Shown one piece after another: positions 60,086 through 64,000 of a DNA stretch of 64,000 nucleotides. Source of the stretch: Camelus ferus (Eukaryota); contig NC_045697.1 of the NCBI RefSeq assembly GCF_009834535.1, positions 44,208,001 through 44,272,000 of the forward strand, given 5' to 3'. The notes below the pieces were generated by a model. That model was given only the letters and a program-made list of their open reading frames with translations. It was not told where the DNA came from and searched no databases. The first letter of the stretch is position 1. The number at the start of each line of letters is the position of its first letter. Position numbers and translations under genes: made by a program.

Positions 60086-61099
60086 ACTGCACTAGGATTG
60101 GGCTGTATCCTTTAGGGGTATGGTAGTCCTAGACCACTTCCCACCACTATGGGCACTTTCTGAGTACTTGGAATTTTGGTTTCATTGTGAATCTTTGTTT
60201 TCCCAATTCTTCATCTGATCCAGGTGGGGTAGATGGGAACAACTTGTCTTCAAAGTCTCTGCCCGTGTTATGAGGGTGGATGATGCCAGGCCCCGGGTGT
60301 TTTCACCCACAGGGAAGAAATGGCGATTCCCAAAACTGCTTTAGGGTCCAGGGAAGCTGATGACCCAGGAGCCTCTCGGTGACCCTCAGACGTGCAAGTC
60401 ACGTGGCCACCTCTGCAGTGGGCCTCCCATCCCTACAAGACAGCCTGACCCCCGGGCATTTCTATAAGTTTCTCTTGTGTCTAAGAATTCATTTCTCCGT
60501 TTGAGGCTTCCCTCCTGTTTGAGCATCCATGAAGCAGATAGGATCTAGCACAACAGACCACTTCGGGATCACAATTCCTGTTATGAATATCGACTGGAGA
60601 ATTAAAGCGCAGTCGGGAATAAGCACCAGGGTCCTGGGAAGAAGCTGCTGTGCACCAAGGGGCAGTTGGCAGCTTCTCGGTTTCATGTTCTTTCGTCCCC
60701 CGTTAGCAGTGGGAACTCTGCTGCACTTTCTTTTGACCTCACTCATCTTAGTTCAGTGTTGTGCTTTGTTTATCATAACAATGAGTTATGACAATGATAA
60801 TTTAGAAGCTCATTGATTTAAATTTTAGATGCTACTTAGGACTTAACTCAGTAATTTTCCTTTATTTTGTTCAAGCAGTTCTTTATTTTTAGCCTCCAGT
60901 TACACACTCATGCAGTTATAAAGCACCTCGACAACTGGAATTTTTTCCCAACATAAATAACTTGAAATTGAGAGCCTAAGCCTCTTTTCCAGATGAAACT
61001 ATTTGTTTATAACTCAGTCTTCGAGAACCTACATTCCCCTAGCAAAACATGACACAGACAACATCACACTGTGATTTTAAATTTACTTTGGGGAGAAAG

Positions 61100-61300
61100 T
61101 ATATTGTAGAGGGAAGTGTCCAGGTCCTGGAATAAATCTTGGCTCTGCCATTTGCTGGATGCAGGCTTTTGTGCAAGTCTCTGTACCTTCATCTGCAAAG
61201 GAGGTGGGAGGAGTAATAATATTCACCTCATATGGTTATTGGGAGGATGAAATAATGAATAGTAAGTGCCTGGCTTATAGTGACACTCAGTGAATATCAT
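61100..61300 (+). mobile_element. MIR SINE
   Basis: 'aatcttggctctgccatttgctgg...catctgcaaag...cacctcatatggttattgggaggatgaaa...gtgcctggcttatag'. Confidence 0.7.
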
Positions 61301-62271
61301 TCCCCTCTTCCATCTCTTTCTTTCCTGTATTTCAGTGTCTATCATATAGAAAATACTCAATGATTGTTAAGTTAATAGTTTTATAAAAGTTTTAAGGAAG
61401 CACCCCCTTAACCAGGCTCTTTCCTCACTCTCACAATCTTCCTGTTTTAGAACCACAGCCGGTTGGAGCTGGGGGACCTTAGAGGCTGAGTGTAATCCCT
61501 CTTCTAACAACTGAAAAAACGAAGGGCCAAATGTCTGTGCTTAGTTTTGTTCTGTTTTTTTTCCCCACATTGTCTCCAAAACATTTATGGGTGTTGAGGA
61601 GACTCTGTTGCAATGCGGTTCCTCCTGCCTCCTGTACCTGCCACCAGCCATTTGGGCTGAGCTAGCATATTGTCACTGCTTAGTCCTTATTCCACTGCTC
61701 TCCTGCCAGACATTCTTATGTCGCTGCTTTCTAGGTTTCCCAACCCACTGATTATTTTGCATTTTGGATGATTTCTCTCCCAGCTGCCTTCATTTGCATT
61801 TTTCCTAAATTGCATCTCATTGTGATCATTTCTATTCATATTTATAACCTCTTTAGATCCATCTGTGTTATTTCTCTGTCCTCAGTGATGTCTGCAGCAC
61901 CTCCTAATTTGGCACCAACCAAAAATGTTATTAAATGGGTATGCCTTGTTCCCAGTCATTAATGAAAATGCTAAATAAAGCTAGATCTATCAGATACACT
62001 GGGGCCTTCCATTAGCTGCCTCCCTCTTAAGCCACCCCCACCCCACCATAGATATTGAGCTGTTTTTCATCTCTAGTTCTTGTTTATGAGAGTTCAGGCT
62101 TTTCAGTCATCCTGTCCTAGTACCTACTAGCACGAACCAGAGCTCTTGTCACAGGAATGTTTCAGGGATGCTGTTTTACATGCTTTATTAACCGCCAAAG
62201 GTACAATAGCTACAGAAGTCATTGAATCAACCGTTTAAACTAACAGTAAAATTCAGTTTCATTTCACTATT

Positions 62272-62408
62272 TAAAAAAAATTTTTTTTTAGGGGAGGGGG
62301 AGGTAATTAGGTTTATTTATTATTTTTTTAATGGAGGTACTGGGGATTGAATCCAGGACCTTGTGCATGCTAAGTATGCGCTCTGCCGCTGAGCTATTTC
62401 CCTCTCCC
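62272..62408 (-). mobile_element. tRNA-Ala-derived SINE (Vic-1-like) with TSD
   Basis: 'ggaggtactggggattgaatccaggaccttgtgcatgctaagtatgcgctctgccgctgagcta'. TSD core ttcactatt at 62263-62271 and 62412-62420. Confidence 0.9.
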
Positions 62409-62569
62409 TCATTCACTATTAATTAAAATGGTTTCATATGCCAGAGGAAATTTCTAGCCTTGCTTTTAAAAACTCTTTTAGAAGGCAGTCACATTTGATT
62501 ATCTTTATTTTCTCCTAGTTATTCTTCTGTAGCTTTTTGTGTAAATCTGCTAGCTAATTCTCTTTGAAT

Positions 62570-63480
62570 TTAAAGGTGCATAAACCATTCTGTGCTTCTG
62601 AGGAACACAAGCGATGTATATGAAATAGCCCGTGTCGTGAGGCGCCTATGACCTCATAGAGCGGGCTAGACTTATGTATAATGAAGAGGGACCCTAACGA
62701 GGCAGTGTGCAGTTAAATTGCTCGATGGCTTCATACTGACTCTTAGGGCTGCAGAAATATGAAGATGGGTTAGGGTATTAGGATGAAGTCTAATGCAGAA
62801 GGGAAGTTTTGAGCAGAAAACTCACAAGGTGAAAAGGATTTGTCTAGGCAAGGAAGAAGTAGGGGAGGATAGGAAAACCCTTGAGCAAATGTAGAGAGAG
62901 AGGAATGACCATGACATCCTGTATGGGGTCCCTGAAAAGCAGAAAATCGGTCTGACTGAAGAAAGAAACTGACTGGTATGGCATGTGGTGAATCCAGCTG
63001 GCTGGATGACATCTCTCACTGGACGTCTCTTAAGCATCTCAAAATCAGTGTGCCCCGAACTGAAGTTGTGACTCTCCCTTCTGCCCCCAAACTACTTCTC
63101 CCCTAGCTTTCCCCACCAGAAATCTGGGTGTCAGCCTTGGTTTCTCTATTTCCATAATCATCCCTCATCCAGTCTTTCAGCCAGCCTCTTCAAGTCCTAG
63201 CCTCAGTCACATCTTGAATCTAATCTGCATGCTGCTCATCTCGGCCACTCTCTAGTCCAAGCCATGCCCGTTTTTTGCCTAGACTACCTCAAAGCCCCCA
63301 CCAACTGGTCTTCCTCCTCCAGCACTTGCCGCTTTTCCACACTGCAGCCAGACAGAACGGACTGAAAAGTAAACCACTCTCGAGCGAAAAACCACAGTCT
63401 TTCAGTGGCTCTGTGTTGCATTTGGAATGAAATCCAATCTTGTTCTCATGGCCTATAAAGCCTGGTGTGATCAGGCTTTT
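62570..63480. mobile_element. L2 fragments (- at ~62570-62960, + at ~63005-63480)
   Basis: Plus piece 'gacatctctcactggacgtc...gcatctcaaaatcagtgtgcc...gccactctctagtccaagcc...ttccacactgcagccaga' is typical L2. Confidence 0.7.
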
Positions 63481-63489
63481 GCATTTCTG

Positions 63490-64000
63490 GTGCTCTGTTT
63501 TCCACCCCACGTGGATGGACTTCAATACAGTTCTAACACTAACCACTCAAGGTAGCTTCCAGTTCACAAGGTAAAGCCTCAGTCCCCCACAGGGCTGTCC
63601 CTGCTTCAGATGCCAGCCACGAGCAGGGGCCTCCCAGCCCCCCATACCTACAAATTCAGGGGTTCCCACAATTCCCTCAGGTTCAATAATTCGCTAGAAC
63701 AACTCACAGAACTGAAGAAAGTGTTATACTTCCTATTACAGTTTTATTATAAAGGGTACAAATCGGGACCAACCAAATGGAAGAGACACAGGCAGAGGTC
63801 TGGGAGGATCCCTCAAAGAGAGCTTCCACGCCTCTCCCTGTGGAGTCAGAAAGTGTCCCCTTCCCTGCACATCACTGTGGTCATCAGCCAGGGAGCTCCT
63901 CTGAGCCTCAGTGTCCATAGCTTTTACTGGAGTTTTTAACATAAACCCGACTGATTAAATCACTGACCATGAGACTAAGCTCAATCTCCAATCCCCTTCC
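63490..64000 (-). mobile_element. LTR element (MER21-family-like), runs off the window end
   Basis: 'caaattcaggggttcccacaattccctcaggttcaataattcgctagaacaactcacagaact...attacagttttattataaagg'. Confidence 0.75.

Larger units (their letters stand above)
59358..64000 (+). other. SCD5: SCD5 intron 2 (5' portion)
   Basis: Begins at the GT donor after the exon. No exon 3 coding sequence seen before the window end. Confidence 0.88.

Noticed and set aside
1..64000. Prokaryote-type systems (CRISPR arrays, operons, defence islands) or a novel multi-gene system
   Set aside because: The sequence is mammalian intron. There are no regularly spaced repeat-spacer arrays or gene-dense regions, and the short direct repeats found are retrotransposon TSDs.

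Overview
Mammalian genomic DNA, most likely a camelid (alpaca/llama/camel), inferred from six tRNA-Ala-derived SINEs resembling the camelid Vic-1 family. The only supportable coding sequence is one 131-nt internal exon on the + strand (59227-59357). It encodes (A)YFCFLLTALGVTAGAHRLWSHRSYKAKLPLRIFLAAANSMAFQ, which carries the first histidine box of a stearoyl-CoA desaturase and which I recognise as SCD5 exon 2. The rest is the long intron 1 and the start of intron 2, filled with transposons (lineage-specific L1 3' ends with target-site duplications, old L1M, L2, MIR, MLT1/MER21 LTRs, MER/Tigger DNA elements) and microsatellites. I found no evidence for a novel biological system, and the other ORFs look like chance or repeat-derived frames. 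Most interesting observations: the apparent camelid orthologue of the human intronic MIR575 locus, without the human seed; an intragenic CpG-rich island with TCF/LEF and helper-like motifs; clusters of RFX X-box, POU/homeodomain, CRE and SRE motifs; a twin-primed inverted L1; a close inverted L1 pair able to form dsRNA; and a ~240-bp (TAATGG/TAATAG)n array at a MIR tail. Repeat subfamily names come from recalled consensus sequences and need RepeatMasker/Dfam confirmation. Boundaries without TSDs are approximate.
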